DNA of 64,000 bases from Candidatus Dadabacteria bacterium. Lineage in GTDB: Bacteria; Desulfobacterota_D; UBA1144; Nemesobacterales; CSP1-2. The stretch covers positions 256,001 through 320,000 of the forward strand of contig CAWDVW010000002.1 of assembly GCA_963805855.1 (NCBI GenBank), read 5' to 3'. This document shows, in pieces, positions 63,325 to 64,000 of the stretch (its first letter is position 1; every line of letters starts with the position of its first letter). The position numbers were made by a program, and so were the translations under genes. The notes under the pieces were generated by a model, which saw nothing but the letters and a program-made list of their open reading frames with translations, ran no database searches and was not told where the DNA came from.

Positions 63325-64000
63325 TTAATCGTTTGGCGGGGGAAAGTCGGGGCATAAGGGACCGCCTGCTCTAATCCTTGACATCATACCATTGTCCTCG
63401 TGATTCATAATGTGGCAATGGTAAACAAAATTACCGCAGATAACAGGGTCTCTAAAATCGATGGCAACCCTCACCTCGGTCGGTGGATCTTCCGGATCAT
63501 TCTTATAGGGGAGATTAACTGTATCCTGATGACCAATGAACTCCTGCGGCTCGCCATTTATTTCACAGACCTGAAAGTCAGTTTGATGTATATGGAAAAC
63601 ATGATTCTCCCGAGAATCATTAAGTATTCTCCATTGCTCAATCGTTCCGACTGTTATATCGAAATCTACGCGCTTTGGATCGAACTCTTTTCCATTTATA
63701 AAAAAGGTATTGCCATCGGGCGTCTCTGAAAACACAGAGGTCCTTTCCAGCGCCGGAACCTGATCACACAGATTCTCAACCGGAGGAAACTCATTGGGAA
63801 GCGGGAGCGGAATCGGTTCTTCCGGCTTACCCTGAACAACCAACGTTAAAAGGGTGTCCTCAGGATACATATCCCCTTCGGGCCCCATATTTATTGGCAG
63901 TGTTTTAAATTCATAAACTCCTTCGGCTCCGCACTGGACTACAAATTCGGTACGAGAGCTTATAGGGAGGAAGGTGTCATTTCTTGGAACTATCCTAGTA
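63325..64000 (-). CDS. Multicopper oxidase, C-terminal part (starts beyond window)
   Basis: HVFHIH and YHCHIMNHEDNGMM copper motifs; frame open to the window edge. Confidence 0.92.
   Translation of the reverse strand, partial: TRIVPRNDTFLPISSRTEFVVQCGAEGVYEFKTLPINMGPEGDMYPEDTLLTLVVQGKPEEPIPLPLPNEFPPVENLCDQVPALERTSVFSETPDGNTFFINGKEFDPKRVDFDITVGTIEQWRILNDSRENHVFHIHQTDFQVCEINGEPQEFIGHQDTVNLPYKNDPEDPPTEVRVAIDFRDPVICGNFVYHCHIMNHEDNGMMSRIRAGGPLCPDFPPPND

Overview
Bacterial chromosome window, low-to-moderate GC. The short EF-Ts and general gene content look deltaproteobacteria-like (unverified impression). About 1-19 kb is an accessory hotspot around tRNA-Thr(CGT): small Zn-ribbon and exported proteins, a HEPN-motif protein, 5'-truncated hicA and hicB remnants, a duplicated tRNA 3' end enclosing a DJ-1/PfpI gene, and many REP-like hairpins and heptamer tracts. 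19.4-24.5 kb holds ethylmalonyl-CoA pathway genes (mcd-like, mcl-like, ecm/meaA). 25-46 kb is mostly housekeeping (apt, aroB, trmB, aroF, purN, a stand-alone 5S rRNA, rpsU-dnaG-rpoD, ctpA, split transketolase, uppS-dxr-rseP). 46.9-53.8 kb is a cargo block (lectin/FG-GAP/TSP3 protein, decarboxylase-like exported protein, PAS-REC-LuxR regulator, dead HUH/RAYT-like transposase) bounded by a 17-bp inverted repeat. The rest has an L,D-transpeptidase, archease, serS, frr-pyrH-tsf-rpsB, a lipid kinase and a partial multicopper oxidase. No CRISPR array or intact integrase/transposase was seen. All calls come from reading motifs by eye; no database was searched.
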